Part shown: positions 11,316-24,462 of the stretch, piece after piece
How the letters are laid out: each line of letters begins with the position of its first letter
How positions within the stretch are numbered: the first letter of the stretch is position 1
Assembly: GCA_003427395.1 (NCBI GenBank)
Contig: BFEA01000004.1
Span: forward strand, 7,422,171-7,486,170
Length of the DNA stretch: 64,000 bases
Reading direction: 5' to 3'
Source: Chara braunii
Taxonomy: Eukaryota; Plantae; Charophyceae
Program-made: the position numbers and the translations under genes
The notes under the pieces: model-generated
What the model saw: the letters and a program-made list of their open reading frames with translations, nothing else
Databases searched by the model: none
What the model was told of the DNA's origin: nothing

Positions 11316-13136
11316 GACACATTGTTGTAAGTATTTATCTTGAGGCGAGAAATGCCTAGTGAATGCGAGCCATCAACTCTCACTGTTTTCATCACTGCCC
11401 TCTGTACACATCACCTGTCGTCCCTGTCAATTGAATGGTCCGGTAAAGTGTCTGGGTCGCAGTGATCTCGGTGGGTTGCCACCGAAGGGAAGAGACTGTA
11501 TGAAGATCATTGACCCCTGTCATTTCGGAGAAAAGAAAGGTGCACCCAAAGCAAAACGCACATGAACAGACAACCGGGCGCAGGCAGACGAGCAAGGCAG
11601 AAATGGACGGACATAAACAGACAGACAGAAGAAGACATACTATGACACACAAACAACGTGACACCCACACACACTCGACTCTGGATCACTCTGAATGTCT
11701 CACATGCATTCTCTATATTGTACGCACACATACACTTTAACTCCTATCTCTAACTACGACAATTATGGGTGCTCACTACCAAATACTACTAAACACTATC
11801 TCCTTTCTCGCCCACTTCGTCTTTAGGCACTGCAGTCCACCTAGCACAAGTCGCTGTAGCAGTGCTTCTGCATGGCTTAAGCAGCGAATGAATGAATGAT
11901 GATGTGAGAGCGCGTACCTGGCATTGGCAATAGCCTGCATCGGTCGATGTCCCCAAGTACTTCGTTGACTGATGACGCCAACTGTTGCATTGTCAATTAG
12001 TAGGCATATGTTAGCAGTGTAGGGAGTAGGCTGGGCACCGAATGCCAAGTAGGGAGAAGAGACTAGATACGTGTGTTGGTGGTGGTGAGAGCATACTCTC
12101 AGTGATCTTGGGCAGGGTTATCAGGCGGGGGCCCCCGGGGGCAAAGCTGGGGTAGGGGTTTGACCCCCGGANNNNNNNNNNNNNNNNNNNNNNNNNNNNN
12201 NNNNNNNNNNNNNNNNNNNNNNNNNNNNNNNNNNNNNNNNNNNNNNNNNNNNNNNNNNNNNNNNNNNNNNNNNNNNNNNNNNNNNNNNNNNNNNNNNNNN
12301 NNNNNNNNNNNNNNNNNNNNNNNNNNNNNNNNNNNNNNNNNNNNNNNNNNNNNNNNNNNNNNNNNNNNNNNNNNNNNNNNNNNNNNNNNNNNNNNNNNNN
12401 NNNNNNNNNNNNNNNNNNNNNNNNNNNNNNNNNNNNNNNNNNNNNNNNNNNNNNNNNNNNNNNNNNNNNNNNNNNNNNNNNNNNNNNNNNNNNNNNNNNN
12501 NNNNNNNNNNNNNNNNNNNNNNNNNNNNNNNNNNNNNNNNNNNNNNNNNNNNNNNNNNNNNNNNNNNNNNNNNNNNNNNNNNNNNNNNNNNNNNNNNNNN
12601 NNNNNNNNNNNNNNNNNNNNNNNNNNNNNNNNNNNNNNNNNNNNNNNNNNNNNNNNNNNNNNNNNNNNNNNNNNNNNNNNNNNNNNNNNNNNNNNNNNNN
12701 NNNNNNNNNNNNNNNNNACCAACCCCGGCCCCGCACCCCGCTGGGCCCCGGCCCCGGCCCCGCGCCCCGCGCCCGCACTACCCCGGGCTCACGAGGGTGG
12801 GGTGTAGCCCCGGTGGGGCCCCGGGGTCGGGCCAAAACTTAAATATTGCAGTTTGGTGCAGGGGGTGCAGGCTGCGGCTGCGCACCCCCTTGTATTTTTT
12901 TTTGGATTTTTTTTTTTATTATGTTTTTACTTTTTTTGTTGGGGCCAGGGGTGCTGACCCCCGGCCCCCGGGACCCCCGCCGGGGCCCCGGGGCCGGGGC
13001 TCGACAACCCTGATCTTGGGTTTTCAGGGTCACGATTCTCCATTGGTGTTATATTGGTGCAATGCTGCTCTCTGGACACCGTGATATGATCTGGCTTTCA
13101 ACGTGATTGTGCAATCTGAATGTTGCCATCTTACTA

Positions 13137-13169
<33 letters not shown>

Positions 13170-13447
13170 GATAGTTGCCCGTTTCTGATTGGGGCCGTAA
13201 CAGAAGGAAGCTGGGTGGGGGACTGCTGCTAAAGAGAGAGAGAGAATGAGAAAGGATGAGAGTTAGCCAAACAGACAGCCTCATGGCCGCCCTAAGGGAA
13301 GGCAGGCCTGAATGACCACGAGGGACGTGGGTCCCAGATAGTTGCAGCAGACTAGTTGGTTGAAGTGCAGCCTGATCCTCACCCATGGTCCTTCCAGGAG
13401 AAGCGACTGCAACAGGTAGTTGAGCCCGGGATGCGGGCTGTTGCACC
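11116..13447 (-). pseudogene. Possible multi-exon, internally repeated gene remnant (unknown product)
   Basis: Phase-compatible AG/GT-bounded exons 11981-11918, 11516-11415 and 11228-11116 splice to LASSVNEVLGDIDRCRLLPMPGVNDLHTVSS...IQLTGTTDCQITSQAKEF. Similar exons lie at about 13447-13327 and from 13115 downward. Confidence 0.3.
12113..13012. mobile_element. Non-autonomous hAT-type element (GC-rich, spans a gap)
   Basis: Termini CAGGGTT...AACCCTG with a perfect 8-bp TSD ATCTTGGG (12105-12112, 13013-13020). Confidence 0.85.
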
Positions 13448-14670
13448 CTGGACACACACAGCATGAGGCCCACATAATAAGGAGGGGACGCAAACCACTA
13501 AGGATGTAACATTGCCACCACATCCACGCACGGGCACTAAGCAACGTGTGCCGCCCCCGAACAGGGGGACACTAACAGACTCTGGTTAGGCATGCAGGAT
13601 AACAAGCATGCGCCCACACGGTCTTGCAGATAGGCAGAGTAACAATCAGATGCATGGTTCTTGAGGCACGCATGAGGGACAATGAGTGGGTTGCTGCGAC
13701 CAGGGCTGTGTGGCGAATGTGGCGAAAGTAAAGGGGTGCATGTATGCCGGAGAAGAAAGAAGAAGAAAAGAAAGAAAGAAGGAGGAAAGTAACATGAAGG
13801 AGGGACCAATGACGAAGAGGGCGAAAGGACAGTTTTGGTAGCTCCTGTGTTTTTTTTTTCTTTTAGTTTATGAAAAGATAAATCATTTATTGTAATGCAA
13901 ATATTCTTATTAATATTGCTCTCCAAATCTATATTACTTTACTTTTATGGTTGTTTGTCACTTATTATCGTTCATTGATTGACACTATGAGTAAAGGGGC
14001 GGATGAGATGAGGAGGGAAGGAGCGAGGTACCAGAGAGAGATATCGTCATCTTCCTCGGTTCTCTCCTCGATCTAATTCCCCCATTTCCCTTTTTTTTGT
14101 TCTCATATCAGTCCAGGAAGTATTATTATAATCATCATCCTTATTAGCATATTGCTACTGAAGGAAATGGGGAGGGTCAGATACAGAGAAGTACGGGGCA
14201 CTTGAGAGGAGAGAGACATCGTTACCGTGTGACGGTGCCTAACTCCTCCATCCTTCCCCGTTCTCCGATGTTCTAATCCCCTCATTTCCCTATGCTTCCA
14301 CGACTATCTGAAATGGTATATTAATCTCTCTGAATCGAAAAGTCTATTTTATGGAAGAGGATGAGAAAACAGGCAGAGACAACAGGGCGACTGCGGGAGC
14401 TCTGCCGAAGTTCAGGAGAAACTTTGGAGGCAGGGAACCATCAGGTGCGCATGACTTTATCCTTTCCCGTATCCCTTACTAGCTACAACTCTTTGTCAAA
14501 CTGCATGAAGGATTGAGTGTTATACACTTTCTTGTTTTTCTTCAAAAGTAAAACTTTCAGAAAAGGTGAATGAACGTATGCGTGAAGTAAGAACCTTGTT
14601 TGAAGTAGAGAAGGAACGTGGGAGAATCAAGAAGGAACCTAGTTTGCCTGGTTCTGAAACATAAAGCCGT

Positions 14671-16026
14671 GTGATGGAGACTCCTCTGGGGTCGTCACAT
14701 TTGCTTGCATGAACTGACCGAGGTAAATGATGGGATACTCCCGTAAGAGTACCCTGCCATTCACCCGACTAAGTAATGATCTGGTGACGTGTCCATCTGA
14801 CTTCGGCGTTGGTAACGGGAAGATGCCGTGCGTCTTCTCTGTTGATTTACGGTTAGATCTAAGAGGTAATCTTCTTCCGTGGGGTACATGTCTTCAACGA
14901 CTAACAAAAACAAAAGTAGGAGGAGGCTCCCGTGGGGCTCAACGTTTACCTTTCGGACTAGGATTGGAAGAGAAATAAGTACTCACCGTGTGAGTACACG
15001 AACTCCTAAGTCTGGGACGATCTGTCCGACTTCCCGTAGGAGTCGTCATACATTTTGCTCATTTACAATGCACAGGCAAAAAGGTGAATAGTCAGGAAAA
15101 CTCAACTAAGAGTTGTTTCGACTGATCTCCTACGTATCGAACTGGTAGTAGGATAACTCCCGGGGGGTCATCCTAATACTTTTTGTTTGATTTGAGGATC
15201 GATTAACGGGGGGAAGAAATGAGGTGATTGTGTTTGGGCAGTAGCGGGATACTCCCGGATGAGTAACCCTACTACTTGCTTGGGAATGATTGATGGATGA
15301 TATAAATAAGTACTAACGATCTATCTATTTAACATTGAAGCAGGATATGGGGGGCTCTCGTGGGGTCATCCTATTGCTTGCTTGGCTCTATCTTAACAAG
15401 TCTAGTAAGAAACTCCAGCAAAGGGAGGATCTGGTGTTTGCCTGAGTCTGCTAACTTAATCCTAGCTCGTCTGACTCTGAGAAAGTAGTACGATAACTCT
15501 CGTGGGGTCATCCTATTACACTTTTTTAGGATAGGCTGGGTTTTAATCAAGGAGTAATAGGAGGCTTCCGTGAAGACCACCTATTACTAACTTGAATTTC
15601 GTATTGATACCTAGATCTGGAATGTGTTTGGACATTGGGACACGTGTTGAAATGCTTCAACAAGGCTTTCTCAACTATTTGTTGTAACTAATAAAGGGAT
15701 ACTCCCCTGTGCGTTATCCCGTCGCTTGCACAAGATTGTTTGAGCTGCTTGCATGAGGACTGCATGGACTTTGAAGAGTGGTTGAGTGCTCTCGTAGAAC
15801 TACTCGACTACTTATCTGACTAACCGTTTTGTCTGGAATTGATCAAGTAGTGGAAGATTCCCGGGTGAATCAACGTACTACTTGCGTATGTCCAAACAAG
15901 AAGAAGAGATAGGAAAAAGGGAGTGCTCCAGCGGGAGCGACTCCAAAGGTCCTAAAAATAAGCAAAATATGAGGCAAATACCGCGGAGACAAAAAATTAG
16001 AAAAGAAGAAGCTTCGCGTAGCCTCA
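14671..16026 (+). other. Array of about 16 short hairpins with YCG(U/G) loops in a putative retrotransposon 3' UTR
   Basis: Examples: tactc-ccgtaa-gagta, gggaagatg-ccgtg-cgtcttctc, gtactcac-cgt-gtgagtac, cgacttc-ccgta-ggagtcg, cttc-cgt-gaag, gattc-ccgggt-gaatc. Confidence 0.7.
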
Positions 16027-16128
16027 GTTCATTGGAAAAACCGCCACTGGCATGAGTTGATCTCAGCCGAACTACCTCGAAAACACCAAAGGGTGAGCTT
16101 ATCCGCAAGAGAGAAAATGCAAGTACTT

Positions 16129-17038
16129 AGAGGGAGGGGAAATATGAGTTTCCTAAGACAACTTAGGACATAGGCAAGAGACTCCTTGAACAAAACGAGG
16201 GTAGGTAAAAACTGGGGGTTAGAATTTGGGATGTTGAACCCAAAGCCCACGGACCAGATCTAAGGGCTAGATCCTTAGATATCAATATGTGGAAAATCGA
16301 GTGGAGGAGTTGAATCTTTGTTGACCTGTGTGCGCGCAGGTTTCTGTTTTAATCTACTGCAACTGAAGAAGAAGTCCTACATAAAGAACTCAATTTTCTA
16401 TTACCTCTCGATAACAGGTCGTTCGTTGTCGATTCAACTTTTCCCCTTTGACTTGATACCCACGTCTAAACTCAAACCCTGTGGTCAGTAAAACTGTCAC
16501 CTGTGGTCTTGCCTAAATGGTCCTAGTCACTCTCAAGGGTCCTTTGAAGAATGTGAGGGAGTTAGGCTTACGTCTTAGGAAAGATAGAGTTGTCATACAT
16601 GGTTTGGGAAGTGAGGGACAATGTTTATGGTGTGGATTGATGGTTGATGTCGTTAGTGCATGGCATGTGAACTGTGTTTGCATTATTCTGTGCAGGTCTG
16701 TTTTGTTCGTCGTTTTGGGATTGAATTGGGCTTGACTGCGTGAAGAATCTTGGACGCATAACACTTGTAAAAGTGGGAAGGGTTCCCAACGGTAATACCT
16801 TCATATTAATTATAAGTCATATATAACTTCTATACTATTTGATGTTCAGTCACATGTTAAGTAGAATAAAATGCCATTGGCAGTGAAAAGGTTTGATTGG
16901 TACTTTGATCGTAGTGATTAGAAAAATAATATATATTGGGAGCAGATGCGGAAATAGACAGCCTTCTAAAAGTTCGACTAGAATATCTAACGGGTCAGTT
17001 CTAGGCGTCTTACCGCGCGTGCCCCATTTTGTGCTACA
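16129..17038 (+). mobile_element. Polypurine tract plus putative 3' LTR
   Basis: agagggaggggaaa immediately precedes TG at 16145. The segment ends tgctaca at 17038, where L1-like sequence begins. Confidence 0.5.
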
Positions 17039-17039
17039 A

Positions 17040-20000
17040 CGATCGAGAAAACGCCCTCGGCAAACCTACCTTTATAAAGGCATATAAAAGCCTTCGCATG
17101 TGGGCCGGTAGCTCAACAAGGATACGCCTACCTAAGGGTGGTGACAACCCCTTGGGTAGAGGTAAGTTGTACCTCGCGACGTCCCAACTTGTCGCAGGGC
17201 GTCGTGAGAGGTATAGCACTCGCACACAGTCGGAGTGGTGACTGGTTCTTTTCAAACAAAACATCCTGCGTGACACGACCGTGAGGTCCGACGCTCCCCA
17301 TCAGGGAGCGGGACCGCCGCGCGCGACACCGCCCTCCTTCCCCCTCGATCAATCTACAAATCGTACAACGCAAGTCCATCTTCCGTAGACAGTACCACTT
17401 GTGTAACTGCAATGGTATATCTGCCTCAAACATAGTCATCCAATGAGAGGAGACTGCATCATGTAATCATTATAGCTTAGCCCCTACATCTCTCAAGTAA
17501 GGCTACCGACTTCTCAACTCGGCCTCAGTTAACTATCCAGAATTATCTGGCCACCTGATGTCTTTAATTCGAAAGATGCCCTTTTCTATCCAGCGTCTTG
17601 AAAAGTTACCAGAGTTGTCTGCAACTGAAAAAGGGGCTTCATCCTCATCTAGTAAGCATTGGTTTTCAAAAAGCAGTTCTCTTAAAACTTGCTCCTTCGA
17701 AGAGCGCTCTTTATATTTTGTTGGTTTCAACTTTTCTCAGGCGTACATCATAACATTCCAAAAGACTGATTTCGGACATCTGTTTGCGAAAGAATCCGAC
17801 ATGAAATAGCTTCAGACGTTCGATGGGTTCGTTAAGTCTCATTCCCTGCTCAAAATATACTCTCCCAGTTTAACACAGTATTTACTCTCTGTCTCCAAGG
17901 TCGCCCGAATGGGTCATCTAGCCAGCAGGTCCAGCTGTTTCCTTCTTGGATATAATATACCCAAGACCCCTTCCCCTCTAGGAAAGGTTACAGTGTCCCA
18001 GGCTACCTTACGCAAATATGCTTGCTCCTGAGTGGTTGTTGGTTTCCATGGCAACTTACGTGCCTCAAACTTAACGTTTGAGTACGCATTGTCTCCCAGC
18101 AGATGAACCGCCAGTGCATACCACAATGTTGAAAATACTGCTGCGGTTATGAGAAGAGATTTGCCAAAGAGCGAGGAGAGGTAGGGCCAATTCCATTTTC
18201 AAGACATGACGTAGCTTTCTCTTTAAGAAGTTGATCTTGATACTCCGAACAATATGAAAATTTCTTTTAAACACCAAGAAAACGTTTAGCGGAGTCTCTT
18301 GGGATGCATTTTATTCCCAAGTCGACACATAATTAATGAGGAGCGGGTAATAAATGAAAGGTTTCTTACCACTTTATTGAGGATTCTGCTAATCCAGAAA
18401 AGTTAGACGAAAAATTTTGCGTTTCAGATAATACTTGTAATACACACATGGTGAGATTATTGGTAATGACACTCACTTTGCACTCAATGCTTCGATCGAT
18501 CTTGAGGCCAAAGATTTATGTGTTGAATATGAAATTATCTAATAGAACCTCCAAGTGAACTACGAAGAGCAGAGAGGATAATGGGCACCCCTGTCGCAAG
18601 GATCATATAAGACTGAAGGAAGCAAAACGTTTGCCATTAACTATGACGGACGTTGCGGCTTGTGAGTACATCATGACAGCTCAAACTAAATAACATATAT
18701 TTTGACCAAATTTCATATGTTTTATGGATGAAGGTCCATCCGACCTTATCGTATGCTTTTTCCATATCGAACATTGTAATCACAACTTGTGTAGCATCGT
18801 GTTCGGGTTCGGTGACCGAACCTGAACGTTCGGAACCGAACGCGAACAAGCGTCGAAACTCTCCAAACGCGAACATTAAAAAAAACAAAAGTTCTCCGAA
18901 AAATCTGAAAAATATATATGCTATGTAAAAAATAATACAAACAACTTTTGCCTTGGAGGTATGCTCAAATTCGTAACCAAACTCGAATTAAAAATAAAAA
19001 ACCAATTTTATTATTATTATTTTTTTTTTTTTGAATATGTTCGGCCGAACACGTTCGGGAGGCATTCGGCCAAACACCCGAGCATGTTCGTACGTTCGGA
19101 GAAGCTCCAAACATGTTCGGTGTGGTACACAGATCACAACGTCTTTTCTTTCGTGTGCAATAATTTCAACGATCTGCAGTGTGGTGATGATGTTTTCATG
19201 TAAAGAGCATCCCTTAACAAATGCGCCGTGCTCTTGTGCCTTGAGAAGCGGTAGATATTTGACTAATCTTAGTGCAATTATAGTCTTTGCCAACAACTCA
19301 CATGTCGCGTTCAATAAAGAAATTGGTCGCCAATTTCGTATATTTTTCTTGCTTTCTTTTTTACACAACAAGTATAATGACCCCTCCAACCATAGTATCA
19401 AAGAGAGGTTCGCCTTCAGCACATTATTAAAGAGTTATATGAGAACAAGTCTGAGGAAATCCCAAAAGGTTAGTATAAATTTGATTGGTAGCCCATTAGG
19501 GTCCGAGGCTTTGGCCTTGACCATCTCCTTAGTGGCTACCTCCAGTTCTTCTACTTTTAACGGGCAATCTCGATCCAATGCTGCATCAAGCGAGATAATT
19601 TTTTCTAAATTTTTTCAGAAGTCAAAGAAATCTCTAAGATCTTTGTCTGGAAGGTTAGAGGTCCGTCGAGTAGTAAGGACGTCACTTAAATATTCTTTTG
19701 CATATTGACACATTTGAATACTATTAGAGGTTTCAGCAACAAGTGCTGCTAATGAAAAAAAATGTTCCAACTCCTTCATAACGGATTTGGCTATTGACCT
19801 CATCCGGGATTGAAAAACATCGTTAGTCCTTCGATCAAAGTGCGACATACCCCTAATTCTGAATCATTCCTTACGTTGTTCTTCTGTTTTAATTTCCTGA
19901 CTTTCCAAGTTTGATAAGGCTAAACTTCGCTTCAGAAGCCAATATAAATCAGAAATTGGATGAGACCCCAGACGACTTTTTGCCAGGGACACTTTGGTCC

Positions 20001-23000
20001 GCCATTGTTGGATCTGCTGATTCATCTTCCCATTCTTCAATCTAGAGTAAGTGTTACTGGCTTTCTGCAAAACTTGCATTACTACATTATACCAGGCCTA
20101 AGGGGTCTAGTAGAGATGTGTTATTGTCTTCCAATTGCAGGTGATCCTATTGGGCCAGTTTAGTAAAGCAGGGTCTTCAATGTGTAACATTAAATCGAAA
20201 ATAGTCGGGACCCCCGTCTGGACCACCCCCCCGTTGTGTTTCAAAGATCATTGGGAAGTGGTCAGACAAATTGAGAATTCTCACGTTCAATGTGAGACAA
20301 CTGTCCCACGGAACACACCGCATTATAGCAAAGTCCAAATGCCAAGGAGAAAATGCTCCCTGTTTTAAACTGAACCAAGTGTACCCAAGCACATCTGGAT
20401 TCAAAACCCGAAAAGCATCCACAAACTCAAAGAATTCCATAAACTCATGTAACAGGCAAGAGTCCTTTCGTAGCGAAAAAACTGAAGGTGAGTCAAGGCT
20501 CGGGTTGAGGATAGTATTCCAATCCACGACCAGTTTCATGTTCTTGTGTCAGGGATGATTTCCGACAGCTCTGTGAAAGAGTGAAGACGTTCTCTATAGT
20601 CCACTGATAGATATAGTGACATGAAGGTCCGTGGATTTGAGCCAATCTTAATCTTGACCTAACACTATCGACCCCATGCGTTGATCGTCGAGTCAATAAT
20701 CTCAACCAAAAAGTCTTGGTGAAACAGAATGGTTGTTACTCCCTTGAACCCCATTGATGGAGCCCATAGTTAGAAATCAGACCACTATTGCCTCATTTCT
20801 CTTAGTTTGGCCTTATTTAATTTGGTTTCATGTAATAATAGGATTTTCACGTTATTTTCATACATCCATGTCCTCAAGCGATCTCTCTTATGCCTGTTGT
20901 CCGTATCACCTAGACCACAAATGTTCCAAGTGGCAAACAAAAACTTATTTCGCATTGCTGCCTACTCGACTGATTGTATTTTGGATCTGGTCTGAGGCAG
21001 CTTGATGAGTGTCTGACTTTTTCCGCCTCATCCCTCTCTCAGAGACGACTGGTTTGGGGGTGGACCAGTTGAGTCTGAGAGCCGAATTTAGTTTCGGAGA
21101 AAACAAAACGTTGTTATTCGACGATTGCAGCAGACACTGAGCAATCAGTCATGTGAATGTCCTCGAGTTCTAAATTATCAGAATTTGCCAACTTAGATAG
21201 TGGAATGTGAGAAATATTGAGCTCCTTGAGTTGTTCCCTGCTCAGTGGTCTGACATCCATAAATGCATAAAATAAAGTTAGATTTTTCCCTGACAGATAA
21301 GTTTCAATCCAGAAATTAGTTTATTGTGATAGTGGAATGTGATAAATATTGAGCTCCTTGAGTTGTTCCCTGCTCAGTGGTCTGACATCCATAAGTGCGT
21401 AAAATAAAGTTAGTTTTCGCCCCGTGATGTTAAGAAGAAGATGGCAGATAAGCTTCAATCTAGAAATTAGTCTACTGTAAAATTTATTCTGAATAAGTTG
21501 TTTGGCAATAATAGCTACTAACGATTCCGACGGATCGTCCGTGGAGACTGTGACTAGGAGGGATTTACGCCCTTCCTGGTCCCTGAAAACCAGAGTCATT
21601 GGACCTTGATAGGAAGAGACACAAAAAATTGATACTAAATACTTAAACATAGATTCCGCCTTCTCGAGCGTGACAACTCGTGGACTGTCACACAAAGCCA
21701 GTGTTCTCAGAAAAGTCTCTGCTGCAACCGTCGAAGTGGATGCATGCTCCCCCTGATAGTGGTCGGCATCTGACCCATCGAAGGAGTTACAACGTGTTTT
21801 GAGTTCTTTTTCTGCATCCATTCTTCTGGTCCGCTTGGACGATTTCTTGCGTTTATCTTCTTTTGGCGGATTAGTCAGATCAGAGTCTTCTACCACCGTA
21901 AGTGCCAAAGGGTTTCCCTTTTCCGGGATTCCAACATCCATGGTGTCTTCATTCAAAACCTCATTATTTTCAGTCGGCCCGCTTGGTTGTTCTTCATATC
22001 GCTCGAAATTAATCAGACCCGAATCATTCTCTTTTGATTTGTGCATTTCCATCAAGGTTGTAGGGGCATTTTTTTCGCCCCGGCGTCTAAATCCTTTGCA
22101 TTGTCATTTTGCCCGTTGGGCGTTATGCTTGACCCAAATAAGAGAAGGTGCCGTACACCTTGGTATTGAAGGTGGAGGTATATGACGAGACCGGTGGCGG
22201 CGGAGGATACTCTTCACTGTTGTGGTGGGAGGCATGACTGTCCCGTCCGTTCTTGGACAAACTTCCAAGAACACCGAAAGTGATGATCCTAAAGCTGACC
22301 CTCTTCCCTTCTTATAATTAGTGCGTTCTGCATTTCGGGCTACATTCCGACATTCTTCGTAAGTGTGAGACCACCAACGACAGTGTGAACAATATGGAGT
22401 AAGGGCGTTGATGACATCAACTTCAACTCCAGAAAAAATTGTATTTCATAATTTCTTTTAGCTGTTCCATTTCATTTGGAAGGAGGTAGGGGCGAAAGTC
22501 AACGTGATAGGTCCAGTTCTGAAATTCAATCTTATCATAACCCACACTTTTAATCCAATCAGCATGTTGTTTGACATTTTGTTTGGAGCTTGTGATGTAT
22601 GTTGCTAGATTCTTTCCTTCGTGAATACAGCAACCCTTCTTGTGGTCTTCTGGAAGGAGACCCGCTTGAACCCATGCCGCCTCTTAGACGCTCACCATTT
22701 GTTTCTTGACCGGAACGAAAAGAGTCCCTCACTCATTTTCATATACCTGGAGAATCGCCTGTTCACTCAACCATTTTTCTTGGATCCTTCTAAGGATCGA
22801 CTCTCAACCTGGAATGAAATGGACTGTGATCTACATCACCATGATGGAGGCCCTCGAGTAATTTTGTATCTAGAAAACAGTCCTCCAGCATGCTCCAGAC
22901 TTGCTCTTGGAAGGCCTGATCAATGGGTGGCGGCGCCGAGGCTTCCGCCCTCGTGTCGTCCAAACTCAAGGGATATAGCAAAAGGATAAATAAGAATGAA
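17040..23000 (-). mobile_element. Decayed L1-clade LINE (ORF1 zinc knuckle, APE endonuclease, RT)
   Basis: APE motifs DWNTILNPSLD, DAFRVLNP..YTW, LSDHFP. RT motifs NWRPISLLN, DMEKAYDKVGW, RQGCPLS. ORF1 CSHCRWWSHTYEEC near 22350-22395. Many stops. Confidence 0.85.
18787..19132. mobile_element. hAT-like MITE inserted in the L1 RT
   Basis: 8-bp TSD ATCACAAC (18779-18786, 19133-19140), imperfect tgtgta termini and internal gttcgg/ccgaac repeats. Removing it restores ERKDVVITMFDMEKAY. Confidence 0.8.
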
Positions 23001-23226
23001 TCAATTAATAGAACGCCTCAGTAAACAGTATCAAAAGCTCCTAATTAATACCCCATTCACACACCGGTGGTCGGGTTGAGGCAAGGCAAGGAGCTATACC
23101 GTCGCTCTTTTGACTTTTTGACTTATAAACCCCGTGCCAGAGGTCGCTTGGCAAAGGGTTGATGCGAGTAAAGGAGCTCCACAAACTGCCTAAACCAGCG
23201 TACTTCGTCACAAATGGTAAGTTTTA

Positions 23227-23670
23227 GGGCGTCGTTAGACACTCCTCGGGGCATCCTCGGCTCCGAGGATGAATCCTCGAAAAAGTTTAGGGTTTTTGTC
23301 CTCTTCGTTCCACTCATCCTCGGAGCATCGGTTTTAGGACTCATCCTCGGAGCAATGTCAGAAAAAAAAAGGAAAAAAAGAAGAAAAATAGTTGTGCTTC
23401 GGGCTTTCAGCGAATAGGGTGCCGCCACGATCAGAATTCTAGGTTGTAACGTCTCTCTACGTGCATGCCCTCTCCTCTCCGTCAAACACGGATACTCGGG
23501 CCCCAAAGGACCTCGCGAGGTCCTTTGGAGCCGAGGACGATTTGGCTGGGAAATCCTCGAAGCCCACGGATTTGTCCTCAGAGTGTTTTCACATTTTCAT
23601 TTCCGATTTCATGTCCGAGGACAGGTGGAACGAAGACGAAATCCTTGGAATCACGTTCCCGAGGAGTGTC
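23227..23670. mobile_element. Non-autonomous derivative of the Harbinger element
   Basis: Starts tta|gggcgtcgttagacactcctcgg (same TIR as 38551). 23490-23670 is the reverse-complement homolog of 38560-38740. The right TIR is truncated. Confidence 0.75.
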
Positions 23671-24010
23671 TTAGAGTAGTTCAAAAGGAGCCGGCTAGGG
23701 GCAGGGCACTCATCCACCCGTTACTCACGGATGGTAGCACCACCTATGCGGCAGCGTGAGTGCAACCTGTCACGCTGAAAACTCGTGGTTCAACAGCAAC
23801 TCCGGCAAATCAACGAGAAGGCAAAGCACTAATTAGAGTAATTAGCATTAAAAGGCGCAACGCTAATTATAGTAATTAGCACTAATCGGGTGGCCGCTGA
23901 TTAGAGTAATTAACACTAATCTGGTAGCCGCCACCCGTCCCTCGCCCCGTCTCACTTTCTTGGGAAAACTTTTCAGCTCTCCCCCAACTCTCCTGTTTTT
24001 AGGAGACATA

Positions 24011-24132
24011 GGGCATGACCTCACCACTCTCGAAATGTGCAAAATGAGAATGAACTTCCCCCTAGAACGTGGCCAGATGCACCCGCCACATTTTTGTCTT
24101 TTTCACATTTCGAGAGTGATGTGGAGAGGCCC
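24011..24132. mobile_element. Tourist-like MITE family A (about 122 bp)
   Basis: GGGC...GCCC palindromic element with TSD ATA. About 14 further copies (about 5560, 26050, 26460, 27622, 27861, 28047, 30621, 32215, 33220, 33980, 34287, 37690, 44600). Confidence 0.85.
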
Positions 24133-24371
24133 ATAGAGTAGCCAGAGGATGAGATAGATGAGGAAAGCATATACAACAAGATTGAGAGAATAATATAGAT
24201 TAGTTTTGAAAAAAAAAGGAAAAAAAAAGGGCTTTTTCAACGCGCTCAGGCCGCTATTACGTTCAGATGCATCCAGGTCGAAAGTGCTTGTCGGTCATGA
24301 GTATGGCCAAAGAGTTTTTTTTTTTTTTTTTTTTTTGAAGTCGCAGTTTGTTTTATAGAAAATTGGAGAAC

Positions 24372-24462
24372 TGAGGCCGGGAATCCCTCAACATCTCAAC
24401 CTGGAATTCCTGGGGCCAATACCCAGATTAGGCTTTACTGGAAACCGGGTCCAGTATCCCAT
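24372..24462 (-). mobile_element. 3' tail of a poly(A) retroposon family
   Basis: gaggccgggaatccc...cccagattaggct...ggaaaccgggtccagt near a poly-T run. Related copies at about 60090-60175, 63725-63860 (+), 34097-34215 (+) and 60990-61052. Confidence 0.6.

Noticed and set aside
14671-16026. CRISPR array
   Set aside because: The repeats are not identical, spacer lengths vary widely, there are no cas genes, and the context is eukaryotic retroelement.
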